52,402 bases of DNA from Verrucomicrobiales bacterium (GTDB taxonomy: Bacteria; Verrucomicrobiota; Verrucomicrobiia; Limisphaerales; UBA1100), in NCBI GenBank assembly GCA_038139415.1, contig JAYOSV010000003.1, positions 1 through 52,402 on the forward strand, read 5' to 3'. The notes beneath the pieces were generated by a model, which saw only the letters and a program-made list of their open reading frames with translations, did no database searches and was not told the DNA's origin. Below are positions 38,154-49,700 of this stretch, one piece after another; within the stretch, counting starts at the first letter, position 1; each line of letters starts with the position of its first letter. The position numbers and the translations under genes are program-made.

Positions 38154-39635
38154 ATGAAGACTAATACGATCGTTTTTTGGCTGCTGTTGGCACTGGCCTT
38201 GCCGAGTGATGCGGCAGAGATTCCGGATCGACCGGAGAAGCTGACGTTTCCCAAGCTGACCTATGAGCCGCCCAATGGTGCCGAGTACCGCGTGCCGCTT
38301 AAGAGTGGGCCGGTGGCGTTTGTCGTGCCGAATCGCGAGCTGCCGTTGGTGAGCATTTCCATCCTCGTGCGCACGGGCAAATACAACGAGCCGAAAGGCA
38401 AGGAAGGGCTCGCCGCCATGACGGGATATCTCCTGAGCAAGGGTGGCACCCAGAACCGCAGCGCGGAGGAGCTGGAGGAGCGGTTGGCGTTTCTCGCGGC
38501 GGGCTTGACTTCAAGCGTGGGCGATACCTCCGGCAGTGTGGGCGTGAACCTGTTGTCCAAGGATTTGGACGAAGGTCTGACGATGCTACGTGAAGTGCTC
38601 ACGGCGCCGCGGTTTCAGAAGGACCGGATAGATCTCTACAAGACGCAGCAACTGCAAGCCATGAAGCAGCGCAATGATGACTCGCGCAATATCGAGCGAC
38701 GGGAGTTGGTCCGGTTGGCCTATGGTGATCGTTTTTTTCGCAGTCAGGTGACGACCAAGGCATCGATCGAATCCATCAACGAGGCTGACCTGCGCGGCTT
38801 TCATCAGGCGTGGTTTCATCCGCGCAATTTTGTGGTGGCTGTGAGCGGAGATTTTGATCGCAAGACGATGGTCGCTAAGCTCGAGGCGTTGTTCGCTAAA
38901 TGGCCGTACCGGGCACAGGCCGCCAAACCGGTGCCAACCGACAAACAATTTGCCAAACCGGGCGTGTATCTTGTGGACAAGAAAGTCAATCAGGGCCGCG
39001 TGGACATCATGCTGCCCGGCATTCTACGCGATAACCCGGACTACTATGCGGTGCAGGTGATGAACGACATCCTCGGCGGCGGCGGCTTCACCAGCCGCAT
39101 CACCAACCGCGTGCGGTCGGATGAAGGCCTGGCCTACAGCGCCTATTCCTATTTTCCAGGTGGCACCTATTTCCCACGCACATTTGTGGCCGGGTACCAG
39201 AGTAAGTCGCGTACGGTGCTGTACGCCGCGCAGATTGTCCTCGAGGAAATGCGCAAGATCACGCAGGAGCAGGTGACCGATAAGGAAATTGAGACGGCCA
39301 AGGCCAGCTACATTCAGACCTTCCCACAGGCGTTTGAGACCAAGACAGCCGTGGCCAGCACCTTTGCCAGCGAGGAATTTACCGGGCGGCTGGCAAAGAA
39401 TCCGGCTTATTACAAAAGCTTCCGCGCCAAGATCGCCGCGGTGACCAAGGACGATATCCAGCGCGTCGCCGCCAAGTATCTGACGCCGGACAAAGTGGCC
39501 ATTCTCGTGGTGGGCAACAAAGAGGAAATTCTCAAAGGGCATCCGGATCATCCCGTAACCGTCAAGAGCCTCACCCCCGGCGGACTGAAAGAGGTGCCTC
39601 TGCGCGATCCGTACACGCTGGAGCCTTTGAAATAG
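38154..39635 (+). CDS. M16B peptidase, non-catalytic partner subunit, exported
   Basis: Signal peptide, no HxxEH (GLAAMTGYLL), LGGGGFTSR and the R/Y pair in VRSDEGLAY. Confidence 0.88.
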   Translation: MKTNTIVFWLLLALALPSDAAEIPDRPEKLTFPKLTYEPPNGAEYRVPLKSGPVAFVVPNRELPLVSISILVRTGKYNEPKGKEGLAAMTGYLLSKGGTQNRSAEELEERLAFLAAGLTSSVGDTSGSVGVNLLSKDLDEGLTMLREVLTAPRFQKDRIDLYKTQQLQAMKQRNDDSRNIERRELVRLAYGDRFFRSQVTTKASIESINEADLRGFHQAWFHPRNFVVAVSGDFDRKTMVAKLEALFAKWPYRAQAAKPVPTDKQFAKPGVYLVDKKVNQGRVDIMLPGILRDNPDYYAVQVMNDILGGGGFTSRITNRVRSDEGLAYSAYSYFPGGTYFPRTFVAGYQSKSRTVLYAAQIVLEEMRKITQEQVTDKEIETAKASYIQTFPQAFETKTAVASTFASEEFTGRLAKNPAYYKSFRAKIAAVTKDDIQRVAAKYLTPDKVAILVVGNKEEILKGHPDHPVTVKSLTPGGLKEVPLRDPYTLEPLK

Positions 39636-39698
39636 AGCCTGTTGGGAGCACTCGTCGGTTGCGTTCTGGATAAAAAACGGGCAGATTGGCACAGCGCC

Positions 39699-40868
39699 AT
39701 GGAGATGGTTATCAAATGCCCGGCTTGCTCAATGGACTTAACGGTGGAGGATACTGCCGCGGGGTCCCAGATCAAATGCCCGACTTGCAACACCTTGTTG
39801 GTGGTGCCTGCGGTGAGTGCCGAGTCCCCGGCCGGTGAGTCGGCTGCTTCTAAAACATTTTCCGGCGCCAGCGACGAACAGCTCGCGCGCAAAATCGCGA
39901 CGGTCTATCGCCAAATGGCTGCGGAAGTGGGTAAGGCGATTGTGGGTCAGCACGAGGTGATTGAGCAGCTCTTCATCGCCATCTTCGCCCGCAGCCATTG
40001 CCTGTTGGAAGGAGTGCCAGGCTTGGCGAAAACCTATACCATCAAAAGTCTTTCCGAGGCCATGAGCCTCTCGTTCCGCCGGGTGCAGTTCACGCCCGAC
40101 CTGATGCCGGCGGACATCACCGGCACGGATGTGATCCAGCAGGACGCCGAGGGGCGTCGTCAGTTGGTGTTCCTGCGTGGCCCGATTTTCGCCCAGTTGG
40201 TATTGGCGGATGAGATTAACCGCTCTCCCCCAAAGACACAGGCCGCTCTGCTGGAAGCCATGCAGGAGCACTCGGTCACCATCGGCGGCCAGACCTACGG
40301 GCTGGAGCAACCGTTCTTTGTTTTGGCTACGCAAAACCCCGTGGAACAGGAAGGCACCTATCAGCTGCCCGAGGCGCAGAAGGACCGCTTCATGTTTCAC
40401 ATCAAGGTCAATTACCCCAATAGAAAAGAGGAAGCGGAAATCATTCGCCGTACCACCGGTGTGCATAATGATCCCATTCAGTCGGTGATCAACGGCGATG
40501 AAATTATCCAGTGCCAAAAGATCGTGCGTAAAGTGCCGGTGCCGGATCACGTGAATGCTTATGTACTGGACTTAGTGCGTCGTTGTCGGCCCGATGATGC
40601 TGAGGCGTTGCCGTTCACGCGGGATTTGATCAGTTGGGGGCCGGGACCGCGTGCCTGCCAGCAATTGATTCTAGGAGGCAAGGTCCGCGCCATTTTACAG
40701 GGGCGTCCGAATGTGGTGCCTGAGGATATCGCGGCCTTGGCGCATCCGGTCTTGCGCCACCGCATTGTGCCCACCTTCAACGCGGAAGCCGAAGGCATCA
40801 CTGTGGACCATATCATTGATCGCGTTTTGCAGGCTGTGCCGCAACAACCAGCCGGGGCTGCCTTGTAG
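39699..40868 (+). CDS. MoxR-family AAA+ ATPase with an N-terminal zinc ribbon
   Basis: CPAC-x19-CPTC, Walker [21 protein letters not shown], Walker [20 protein letters not shown]. Confidence 0.93.
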   Translation: MEMVIKCPACSMDLTVEDTAAGSQIKCPTCNTLLVVPAVSAESPAGESAASKTFSGASDEQLARKIATVYRQMAAEVGKAIVGQHEVIEQLFIAIFARSHCLLEGVPGLAKTYTIKSLSEAMSLSFRRVQFTPDLMPADITGTDVIQQDAEGRRQLVFLRGPIFAQLVLADEINRSPPKTQAALLEAMQEHSVTIGGQTYGLEQPFFVLATQNPVEQEGTYQLPEAQKDRFMFHIKVNYPNRKEEAEIIRRTTGVHNDPIQSVINGDEIIQCQKIVRKVPVPDHVNAYVLDLVRRCRPDDAEALPFTRDLISWGPGPRACQQLILGGKVRAILQGRPNVVPEDIAALAHPVLRHRIVPTFNAEAEGITVDHIIDRVLQAVPQQPAGAAL

Positions 40869-40895
40869 CGTGCCCGGGTCGGTGCCGTTTGATTC

Positions 40896-41795
40896 ATGGC
40901 TCCGTTAACCGACATGTTGCAGCCTGAAGAGCTGCAAAGCATCGCCAACCTTCAGTTGATGGCGAATCAGACTGTTGAAGGGGTCATCACCGGCATGCAC
41001 CGCTCGCCGCACAAGGGCTTCAGTGTAGAATTCGCCCAGCACCGCGAATATGTGCAGGGCGATGAGATTCGCCGGGTGGACTGGAAGGTGTTTGCCAAGA
41101 CTGACCGCTACTATGTGCGCGAGTACGAGGAGGAAACCAACCTGCGCGCGATGTTGTTGGTAGATTCCAGCGGAAGCATGGGGTATGCCGGCGAAAGCGG
41201 CCAAACAAAGCTACAGCATGCGCTCAAGTTGGCCGCGTGTCTGGCGCACATCATCATGAGGCAGAGCGATAGCATTGGGCTCATGACGTTTGATACCGGT
41301 ATTCGCGCGCACATTCCGCCGCGCTCCAGCAACCGCCACTTGCGCGTGCTTTATGAGGAAATGCTGCGCACTCAGCCGGGCGGTGAGACGGATCTCTCCA
41401 AAGTGTTTCACGACATTGTGCCGCGTCTGCAAAAGCGGGGGATGATTTTCATCCTGTCCGATTGTTTTACCGACGTGAAAGAACTGCTCAAGTCGCTGGC
41501 GCATTTTAAGCATGCCTCGCATGAGGTGGTGATCTTCCACGTGATGGACCGTGATGAGGTCGAATTTCCATTCGATGCATGGACACGGTTTGAAAATCTG
41601 GAGATGGCGGGTGAATTTCGGATGGTGGATCCGACCAGTTTTCGGGCGGCGTACCTCGATAATTTTGCGAAGTTCACCGCTGCTCTCAAGGAGGGTTGCC
41701 AACGGCACCGGATTGATCTGGTGCCGATGTACACGCACGAGAGTCTTACCGATTGCCTGGTGAGATTTTTGCGGCAACGACAGGGGGTTGTATGA
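40896..41795 (+). CDS. DUF58 domain protein
   Basis: GMHRS..KGFSVEFAQHREYVQGDEIRRVDWK, MIDAS DSSGSM, ILSD. Confidence 0.92.
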   Translation: MAPLTDMLQPEELQSIANLQLMANQTVEGVITGMHRSPHKGFSVEFAQHREYVQGDEIRRVDWKVFAKTDRYYVREYEEETNLRAMLLVDSSGSMGYAGESGQTKLQHALKLAACLAHIIMRQSDSIGLMTFDTGIRAHIPPRSSNRHLRVLYEEMLRTQPGGETDLSKVFHDIVPRLQKRGMIFILSDCFTDVKELLKSLAHFKHASHEVVIFHVMDRDEVEFPFDAWTRFENLEMAGEFRMVDPTSFRAAYLDNFAKFTAALKEGCQRHRIDLVPMYTHESLTDCLVRFLRQRQGVV

Positions 41796-43957
41796 GCTTC
41801 ATGAACCTCGCATTGGTGGGAGGCGTGGCGGCGGCTGCCATTCCCATCCTCGTACACCTCATTAGCAAGAGCCAGCATCGCGAGGTGAAATGGGGTGCCA
41901 TGCACCTGATTGAGCTCACGCTCAAATCCCAGCAACGCCGACTGCGGTTTGAGCATTGGCTGCTCATGTTGTTGCGTTGTGCTATCCCCATCTTGCTGGC
42001 GCTATGCATGGCACGGCCAATTCTCAAGGGCACTGCGGCGTTGTGGTCCAATGCGAAGACCTCCTTGCTGGTGGTGTTGGACAACAGTTACTCGTTGGAC
42101 TTCAAGGGCGCCGGTGGCACGAACTTTGAGAAGGCACGCGACACCGCCGCGGAGTTGGTGGAGGAACTGCAACGGGGCTCGGATGTCAATGTGGTGCTCA
42201 TGAGCGACCCCAAAACACCGTTGTATGATACTTCTGTGTTTAATGCCGATGCGGTGGCGGAGGAGCTTCGGGCGATGCAGGCGGGTTTCGGTCAGGCGCA
42301 GGTGAGTACTGCGTTGGAGCACGGCGCGGAGCAGTTGCTGAACATGAACCACCCACACCGCGAGGTGGTGCTCATCAGCGATTTCCAACGGATCAGCTGG
42401 CCGACGGAGGAAGGTGAGGCGGCCTTGCGCACGCGGGTGGGCCAGCAGTTGCAGGGCATGGAGATGCCGCCGAACCTCACGCTCTTTCACGTGGGCGTGG
42501 AAGGTCGGGAAAATATCTGCGTGGAAACAGTGTCCACCTCGCATCTGTTGCTAGGCATTAATCAAACGGTCACCGTACAGGCGTCTCTACGGAATTACGG
42601 CGAACGCAATCACGAGGCCTTGCGAGTGATCTTCCATGCCGACGGTAAGCCGGTAGACGAACAACAGATTCCGCTCGGTGCAGGGGAACGCAGACAGGTG
42701 CGCTTCCGGCATTCCTTCGACACGCCCGGTTCGCATGTCATTGAGGTGGCCACCGACGCCGATAGCCTCAAGGCTGACAATATCTTTCGGGCCAGCATCC
42801 CTGTTTGGGACAAGGTGCCCGTGCTGGTGATCAACGGCGCGCCAGATCCGGAACCGCTCAAGGGTGAAACGGATTTTCTGCAGATTGCATTGCAGCCCTA
42901 CCGCGAAGGTGGGGAGCCGGATTTGGTAGACCTGTTAGAGACACGCATCATCAACGTGGCCGATTTCAATGCCGCGGCCATTGGGGATACGCGTGTGGTG
43001 GTGTTGGCCAATGTCAGCCAGCTGCAGCGCAGCCAGTTGAACGAGTTGCAAACGTTTGTGAAAGACGGTGGCGGCTTGATGATCTTTGGCGGCGATCAGC
43101 TCGACCAACGGTGGTACAATGAGCAACTGCTGCCCTACGGCCTGCTGCCGGCTCGCCTGGGAGCGGTGGCCGATAAACGCAATGATCCAGAGCCCTTCAC
43201 GCGCATGGTGGTGCAGCGCTTTGATCATCCGGCCTTGAAAGTTTTCAGCAATCCGCGCAATGGAGATCTGGCGTCCGCCGAGGTGCGCCAGTGGCATCGG
43301 ACGGTAGAGGATCCGGACAATGAACTAGTGCGGCCATTGGCGAGGCTCGAAACGGGGGATGCCTTTTTGATCGAAAAAATTTACGGTAACGGCCGCGTGT
43401 TGTTTTGTGCCACAGCTTGTGATGACGCCTGGAGTTCGCTGCCGTTGCGGCCGTTCTTCGTGCCCTTTTCCCAAAGACTGTGCACCTACCTTGCCTCCTC
43501 GGTGATGCCACCGCGTAATCTCGGCGTGAACGAAAAGGCGGTGGCCCATTTTCCGGCGGAACAGGCCGGGCAGGAAGTGGTGGTGACCGATACTGAGAAC
43601 GAACAACACACGCTGCCCATTGAATTGCGGGGTGGCCGCGGTGTGGCCACCTTTGAGGAAACGGCGCGGCCAGGCTTGTACACCCTGCAGGGGCCCAAAG
43701 GGGAGGCGATTCATTTCGTGGTGAACACGCGCCGGAGCGAGAGCGATCTCAAACAACTCACGCTGGAGGAACGCCGTGGGGTGGCGGCGGCGATGAATGC
43801 TGATTTGGTGCAGGACCTCGGTGAGTATCGCGACCTCGACCATACCCGGCGGTTTGGTCAGGAGATATGGAAACCGATCTTCGCGTTGGTTTTGTTTTTC
43901 CTGTTTTTTGAACTCTGGCTGGAACGTCGGATGGCGCGCCAACGGGTTTCGAGTTAG
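41792..43957 (+). CDS. BatA N-terminal double-TM + vWA + CARDB-like + GATase-like domain membrane protein
   Basis: IPILVHLI...WGAM...LLMLLR...ARP, MIDAS DNSYS, LISDFQ, LRNYG...DN, GGGLMIFGG, ESDL, C-terminal TM helix. Confidence 0.85.
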   Translation: MSFMNLALVGGVAAAAIPILVHLISKSQHREVKWGAMHLIELTLKSQQRRLRFEHWLLMLLRCAIPILLALCMARPILKGTAALWSNAKTSLLVVLDNSYSLDFKGAGGTNFEKARDTAAELVEELQRGSDVNVVLMSDPKTPLYDTSVFNADAVAEELRAMQAGFGQAQVSTALEHGAEQLLNMNHPHREVVLISDFQRISWPTEEGEAALRTRVGQQLQGMEMPPNLTLFHVGVEGRENICVETVSTSHLLLGINQTVTVQASLRNYGERNHEALRVIFHADGKPVDEQQIPLGAGERRQVRFRHSFDTPGSHVIEVATDADSLKADNIFRASIPVWDKVPVLVINGAPDPEPLKGETDFLQIALQPYREGGEPDLVDLLETRIINVADFNAAAIGDTRVVVLANVSQLQRSQLNELQTFVKDGGGLMIFGGDQLDQRWYNEQLLPYGLLPARLGAVADKRNDPEPFTRMVVQRFDHPALKVFSNPRNGDLASAEVRQWHRTVEDPDNELVRPLARLETGDAFLIEKIYGNGRVLFCATACDDAWSSLPLRPFFVPFSQRLCTYLASSVMPPRNLGVNEKAVAHFPAEQAGQEVVVTDTENEQHTLPIELRGGRGVATFEETARPGLYTLQGPKGEAIHFVVNTRRSESDLKQLTLEERRGVAAAMNADLVQDLGEYRDLDHTRRFGQEIWKPIFALVLFFLFFELWLERRMARQRVSS

Positions 43958-43958
43958 G

Positions 43959-46799
43959 ATGATGACAGGCATGCACAGTTTGAATCCAATGCTGGCGGCG
44001 AACGCCGTGGAGGGCACGCGCCTGCATTTTTCCGGCGACCTCACCTGGTGGCTGGCGGGCTTGATCGGCCTAGGCGCCGCGGGATTGGCTGCTTGGATTT
44101 ATCGGGACGACCTGCGCGGTCGCACCACGCCGGGCCTCTGGGTGTTGCCCGTGTTGCGCGGGTTCACTTTGATGCTGGTGGTGATGATGTTGTCCGGGCC
44201 GGTGATTCAAAACCGCACCTCGGTGGGCACCACAGCTCGCGTGCTCCTGTACGTGGATGCGTCGGCCAGTATGAAGGCCACCGACGAGCAGATGGAAACC
44301 CAGCGCAAGCTGCGGATTCTGCGCCGGCTGGGCTGGCTCGAAGGCGGCGCAGATGAAGCCGCCGCCGGGGATGCGCTGGACCGCCTGGGCGAACTGCGCC
44401 GCGTTCTCACTGCGATGGCAGCCGATACGGCCAATAATCTCCGGAACCACGTGGATCAGGGCGAACTGATCACCAAACAGGCCGCCACCTATCTGGAGGC
44501 CATCAAGTTGGATGGCTGGACAGAAAATGAATTGGAAGCTTTCAAGGCCGATTTGCTCGATCCCTTTCTCAAATTGGATCCGGAGCAGGCCGATGAAAAC
44601 GACAAAGCCACCTTGCTGGCATTACAACCGGCAGTGGATCGTTGGGAGCAAACCATTCGAAACCTCCTCCCTCAAGGCGCCGCGGCGCTGGATGCATTGG
44701 ATCCGGACACGCGCGCTGCGGTGGAGCGCTTTGATCGCACCCCACGATGGCAGCGGCTGGAGACGCAATTGCTGGATGGGGCCGGCGGGTTGATGAACCA
44801 ACTGGCGGCTGAGCATAATGTGGAATTACTCGCCCTCACCGCGCGCCGTTTCCAAATGCTGTGGCACCCCGGGGCCTTGGGCGATGTGGATGAGGATGCG
44901 ACGGATGAGGCTGAAGACAATCCCTTGGCCACCCCGCGCACGCTTCCAGTGGCCGCTACCAACATGGTCACGGACCTGACCACCGGCATTCTTGAAGGCG
45001 CGGTTTCAGAAAATCCGGAAGAGAAATTGTTTGTCGTGCTCTTCACCGATGGTCAACACAATGTGGACGGCACCTCGCCTTTGGGGATGGCCGCGCAGTT
45101 AAAGGATCGCGGCATCGCCGTGCATGTTGTGGGCATGGGTACCACGGAAGTGGCGCGTGATTTGGCCGTGCTGAAGGCCGAAACGCCCAGCGCCGTTTAT
45201 CCCGATGCGCGACTCGCCGGCCACGTGATTGTGCAGGATGGCATGGATCCGGGTAAACCATTCACCGTGCGTATTGAGCATCACGGCGTGCCGGTGTGGC
45301 AGCGCGAATTTCTCACCGCCCGCAAGCGTCGCAAGCTGCCGTTTGATTTTCCGATCAAAGCCATCGTGGATGCCGAGCAAGCCCGCCTGAGTAAGGACCT
45401 GCGTTATGCGAATTTGCCCTTGGTGTTCAACGTGGTGATCCCGCCGGTGGAAGGGGAATCCAAGGATGACAACAACGTCGGCACCTTGCGCGTGAATGTC
45501 GTCACTCAGAAGCCACGCATTCTGTTTGTGGATACTCGTCCGCGCTGGGAATTTCGCTACCTGCGCAACCTGCTGGAGCGCGATGAACGTTGGGAGGTGA
45601 ACACCATTCAGGCCAACTGGACGAATGCCGGCACGCCCAGCCTCGGCCCGCGCGGGAATCAGCTCGGGCAATTTCCCAACTCGCGCGATCTATTGTTCCA
45701 GTATCAACTCGTGATCCTCGGCGATGTGGGTAAGGATTTGTTTGCGCCGGCCGAACTTCAGTGGATGCGCGAGTTTGTGCAATTCAATGGGGGCGGTATG
45801 ATCTTCATTGATGGCCGCATGGAACGGCATTTTAATTTTTCCGGGACCCCGGTGTACGATCTCCTCCCCGTAAAACTGGCCGCGCAAGGGCAGACCGAGC
45901 TACGCAGTCTGGAGACATCTCTGCGCTTTCGCAGTGCCGGCGGCGCGCAGGCACCCCTGATGCTGGCCGCGGATTCCGCGTCCAATCTGAAAATTTGGAA
46001 CGACCTGCCTGGCCCGCGTTGGGCGGCGCTCTCCGAGGCCTTGCCCGGCGCGGAAACGTTACTGGAAATTGTGGACGCCACCACGCAGACAGCGATACCC
46101 GGCTTGGTCTTTCGCCGATTCGGAGCCGGGCGCGCGCTGTACTCCGCCTTCGATGAATCATGGCGCTGGCGCAAAGGGGTCGCTGATCTACACCATCAAC
46201 GCTACTGGAATCAGGTGGCCAAATGGATCATGGAGCCGCCCTTTGCCGTGCAGGATGCCTACATTGCTCTGGACTCCGGTCCCACCAGTTATGAGCTGGA
46301 AGAAATCGCTCAAATCCGCGTGCGCATCACCAACCCTCAACTGGCCGCCAACCCCAATCTCAAGCCCGAGGCTGTGATACTGCGCGAAGGCCGCGTTTTT
46401 GACACAGTGCCATTGGCCCCTGATCCACAGTCCTTTACCTTTCGCGGCGCAACCGCACCACTAGAAGCTGGCGATTATGAAGTGCGCGTGCGTATCCCGG
46501 GTGTGCCCGACGGACTAATCAAGGCTAGTACCGCCTTCACCGTTGCCTCCAACCCCTTCGGAGAGCTGGGCCGGCTGCATTGTGACGAATTAATCCTGCG
46601 ACAAATTGCCAAGGATTCCGGTGGCGAGTACTATCGCGAAGAGGAGATGCAACGTTTGGTGGAACTGCTGGGGCCCGCCAGTGACCATCGGGAAATCACC
46701 GAAGAAATCCAGCTTTGGCAAAGCTACTGGTGGTTCGCCCCCATCATGCTCCTCCTCACCACCGAATGGATCCTCCGCCGCACGAAAGGGTTGGTGTAA
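43959..46799 (+). CDS. vWA + Ig-like + GATase-like domain membrane protein; start 43959-43971
   Basis: Two N-terminal TM helices, MIDAS DASASM, LFTDG.HN, PRWEFRYLRN, GGGMIFIDG, FGAGR...ESWRWR, C-terminal TM helix EWILRR. Confidence 0.82.
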   Translation: MMTGMHSLNPMLAANAVEGTRLHFSGDLTWWLAGLIGLGAAGLAAWIYRDDLRGRTTPGLWVLPVLRGFTLMLVVMMLSGPVIQNRTSVGTTARVLLYVDASASMKATDEQMETQRKLRILRRLGWLEGGADEAAAGDALDRLGELRRVLTAMAADTANNLRNHVDQGELITKQAATYLEAIKLDGWTENELEAFKADLLDPFLKLDPEQADENDKATLLALQPAVDRWEQTIRNLLPQGAAALDALDPDTRAAVERFDRTPRWQRLETQLLDGAGGLMNQLAAEHNVELLALTARRFQMLWHPGALGDVDEDATDEAEDNPLATPRTLPVAATNMVTDLTTGILEGAVSENPEEKLFVVLFTDGQHNVDGTSPLGMAAQLKDRGIAVHVVGMGTTEVARDLAVLKAETPSAVYPDARLAGHVIVQDGMDPGKPFTVRIEHHGVPVWQREFLTARKRRKLPFDFPIKAIVDAEQARLSKDLRYANLPLVFNVVIPPVEGESKDDNNVGTLRVNVVTQKPRILFVDTRPRWEFRYLRNLLERDERWEVNTIQANWTNAGTPSLGPRGNQLGQFPNSRDLLFQYQLVILGDVGKDLFAPAELQWMREFVQFNGGGMIFIDGRMERHFNFSGTPVYDLLPVKLAAQGQTELRSLETSLRFRSAGGAQAPLMLAADSASNLKIWNDLPGPRWAALSEALPGAETLLEIVDATTQTAIPGLVFRRFGAGRALYSAFDESWRWRKGVADLHHQRYWNQVAKWIMEPPFAVQDAYIALDSGPTSYELEEIAQIRVRITNPQLAANPNLKPEAVILREGRVFDTVPLAPDPQSFTFRGATAPLEAGDYEVRVRIPGVPDGLIKASTAFTVASNPFGELGRLHCDELILRQIAKDSGGEYYREEEMQRLVELLGPASDHREITEEIQLWQSYWWFAPIMLLLTTEWILRRTKGLV

Positions 46800-49700
46800 T
46801 GAGTTCCCAGCTGGATCCCTACATTCGCACCAAACTGTTGGCTTTTCGGGGCCGGTTTCGTTGGTTGGTGTTTTTGCGCGGGGTGAGTTGTGGATTGCTG
46901 GCGTTGCTGGGGGGGGTGTTGATTTTGTCCCTAGCCGACTGGTTGATCGTGATGGATGATCGCACGCGCTATGTGCTTAGCGGGGGGATGTATTTCTCGG
47001 CGTTGGTGATTACGTGGCTGACATGTGTGCGTCCGTTATTGCGGGTGCTGGATGAACGGGAGTTGGCGGCGATGATGGAGCGGGAGGAGCCGGCGTTGAA
47101 ATCGCGTCTGTTGTCGGCTGTGGAATTGGCCGAAGAGGAACGGGAGCATGAATCAGCTCAGTTCCGTCGGCAGGCGCAGGCGGAGGTGGTGGAATCCCTG
47201 CGGGCGGTGGTGTTGGAACGTTTGTTGCCCACGCGCTTGGTGCAGACTTGGCTGATCGCGGTTGCTGTGGTGATTCTGATTACGGGCTTGATGGTGGCGT
47301 TTGATTCGGGACGCACGTTGATGGTGCGGGCGTTGATGCCGATGATGAACATTGATCGGGTATCGCGAAACAGCATTGTTATCCTCACGCCAGAAGGCGG
47401 TCACACCGCTGTGCCGGAGAATGACGAGATCGAGATCCGGATTCAGGTACGCGGCCCGAAGCTGGAAGAGGCTCCCTTGCTCATTGCCGAGCGGGCGGAT
47501 CAACCATCGCAAAAGGCGGTGTTCGTTCCGGTTAATGATCTGGATGCGGTGGGCGAGTATGCCACCACCATTGCCGTGGAATCACAAGATGTGGATTACC
47601 GCGTGCACGCCGGGGATGCAGTCAGCCGCCGTTACACCTTGGTCAGTCGACAACGACCGCAAGTGTTGCGTTATGTGAAGACGTACACATTGCCGGATTA
47701 CGCTGCTCGCCCGCCGGAAACGCGATCCGGCGATGATGGGAATCTCGTTGGACTGATTGGCACCAAAGTAAACTTGGAGCTGGAGCTGAATCAGCCAGTC
47801 GAGAGCGTAATCATGGCGCAGGTGACTCAATCGGCCACCAACCGCATTCAATTTGCGCCCGGCAATGAACCGACCCGATGGAGTTTGAATCTGGAGTTGA
47901 CCGAAAACGGCGCCTACAAAATCCACCTCGCCACCGCCGAAGGGTTGGGCAACAAGTCACCCGTGGAATACTCCATTCATGCCGAGCCGGATTTAGTCCC
48001 CACCATCGAGCTGACCAAGCCTGGCCCAGAGCTGACCGAGGCCCCCGAGGTGATTCTCAAACTGGAAGGTGAAGCCGAGGACGATATTGGGCTGGCCAAG
48101 ATCGAGCAGATGATCAAAATCAATGATCAGGATTGGGAACCCACCGAGCTACAATTCGGCAAACCACTCAGCACCAACGCCGTGATTGCAGTGGAGTGGG
48201 ATCTTCTCAAAATCAAAGTCAAACCCGGCGATATTGTTCTCACCAAGCTCGCCGCCGAAGACCTCAAAGGCAGCCGCACCGAATCTCGGCCCGTGCGTTT
48301 GAAGCTCGATTCCACGCTGTTCGAAGCCCACCGCATCGCCGCCTTGCAGGAGCAACGGCAATGGACCACCAACCTGTTGGCGGCCGCGCAAAAGACATTG
48401 GATTTTCATCAAATTCTTCCTGAGGAACTGGATGATCTCGTCCAGCCGGGAAACGATGCAGAGCGCCGCGCAAAAGCCACCGAAGGCCTCAAGGCTCTAG
48501 GTATGGCACAAATAACCTGGCAACAAGCCGCTGGCAATTTACCCGCGCTCATTCGCAAAGCTCGGCCGGGCCGGGAAGCCACCGGCTATAGTCTAGTGGG
48601 CCGATTGGGCGTGCAGATGGAGTCCGATTGGCTGGAACGCGCCCAGCTTCATTTGCGCCCCATGGAAGGCATCGTGGTGGATCCTCGTGTTGTGGCTCAC
48701 GCCAAGCAACTGCCAGACGTTATGAAATCCATTGAGTCCGCTGCCACCGGCATGAACACCACGGTCGGCGCTTGGCTAGCCGCTGACGAAGCCGCCGTGG
48801 CGTTGGATCTGCTCGATTACATTCAATGTGCCGCCGAAAGCATGCACCGTGTGGCCAAGGCCGATCGGAATACAGATCCCCAAGTGTGGACACGTTTATT
48901 GCGGAGGCAAAAAAGCGCGGGCCGTGAATTGGATGTTGCTCTGGATGTCCTGAAGAAACTCGGCGGCCGCTTACCGGAGGCACAGGCCAAAATTGTTCAG
49001 GCCTTGCACTCGGACTTAACAAAAATCCACTCCACTCTCAGTGAAGCTCAGTCCGTCGAAGCAGAACCGAAAGCCGCACTCCTAACCGAAGGCGAGCGCT
49101 GGACCGAAGCTATCACCGGCGCGCGCGATATTTTCCGGCCGGTGGTCGGCGAGCTTAACAAAGCCGCCCTGCAGGCTCGGGCCAAGCTGGAGCAATCCAT
49201 GAGCACCACCACCGCCACCGTGGACCGCGTGCGCGGTGAGCTCCAAGCCGTCAAACAGGCCGAAGATAATCTTACCAAAGCTAAGGACAACGGAGAAAAT
49301 GTTCTCACCGCTCAGGCAGCCTTAAAAGTGACGGAAGAACAACTCGCGCTCGAATGGCGCATCGCCCCAAAACTGTTGCGCGGCCGCGCGCGCATGGAAG
49401 AATCCGGCAAAGCCAGCAACGCCTTATTTGTCAGCGACACCGCTCAGGCTGCGGCGGCATTGGGTGCCGTTAAAGATGGCCTCGAAGCCGGTCGTGACCT
49501 TCGCGAAGTGGAAGCTCAACTCAAGGGCATCGCCGATGCTTTGAAAACCTTGGAGGCCGCCCACGAACTTGCATTGCTGGAAAACGCCCTCAAAAATCTC
49601 GCCAACCGCGAGCGCTGGGAACATCTGGCGACCGACGCCAATTCCCTTCGGCCCCGCGATTGGCAATGGCTGGCTCGCCGCCTCGCATTATCGCCCGAAA

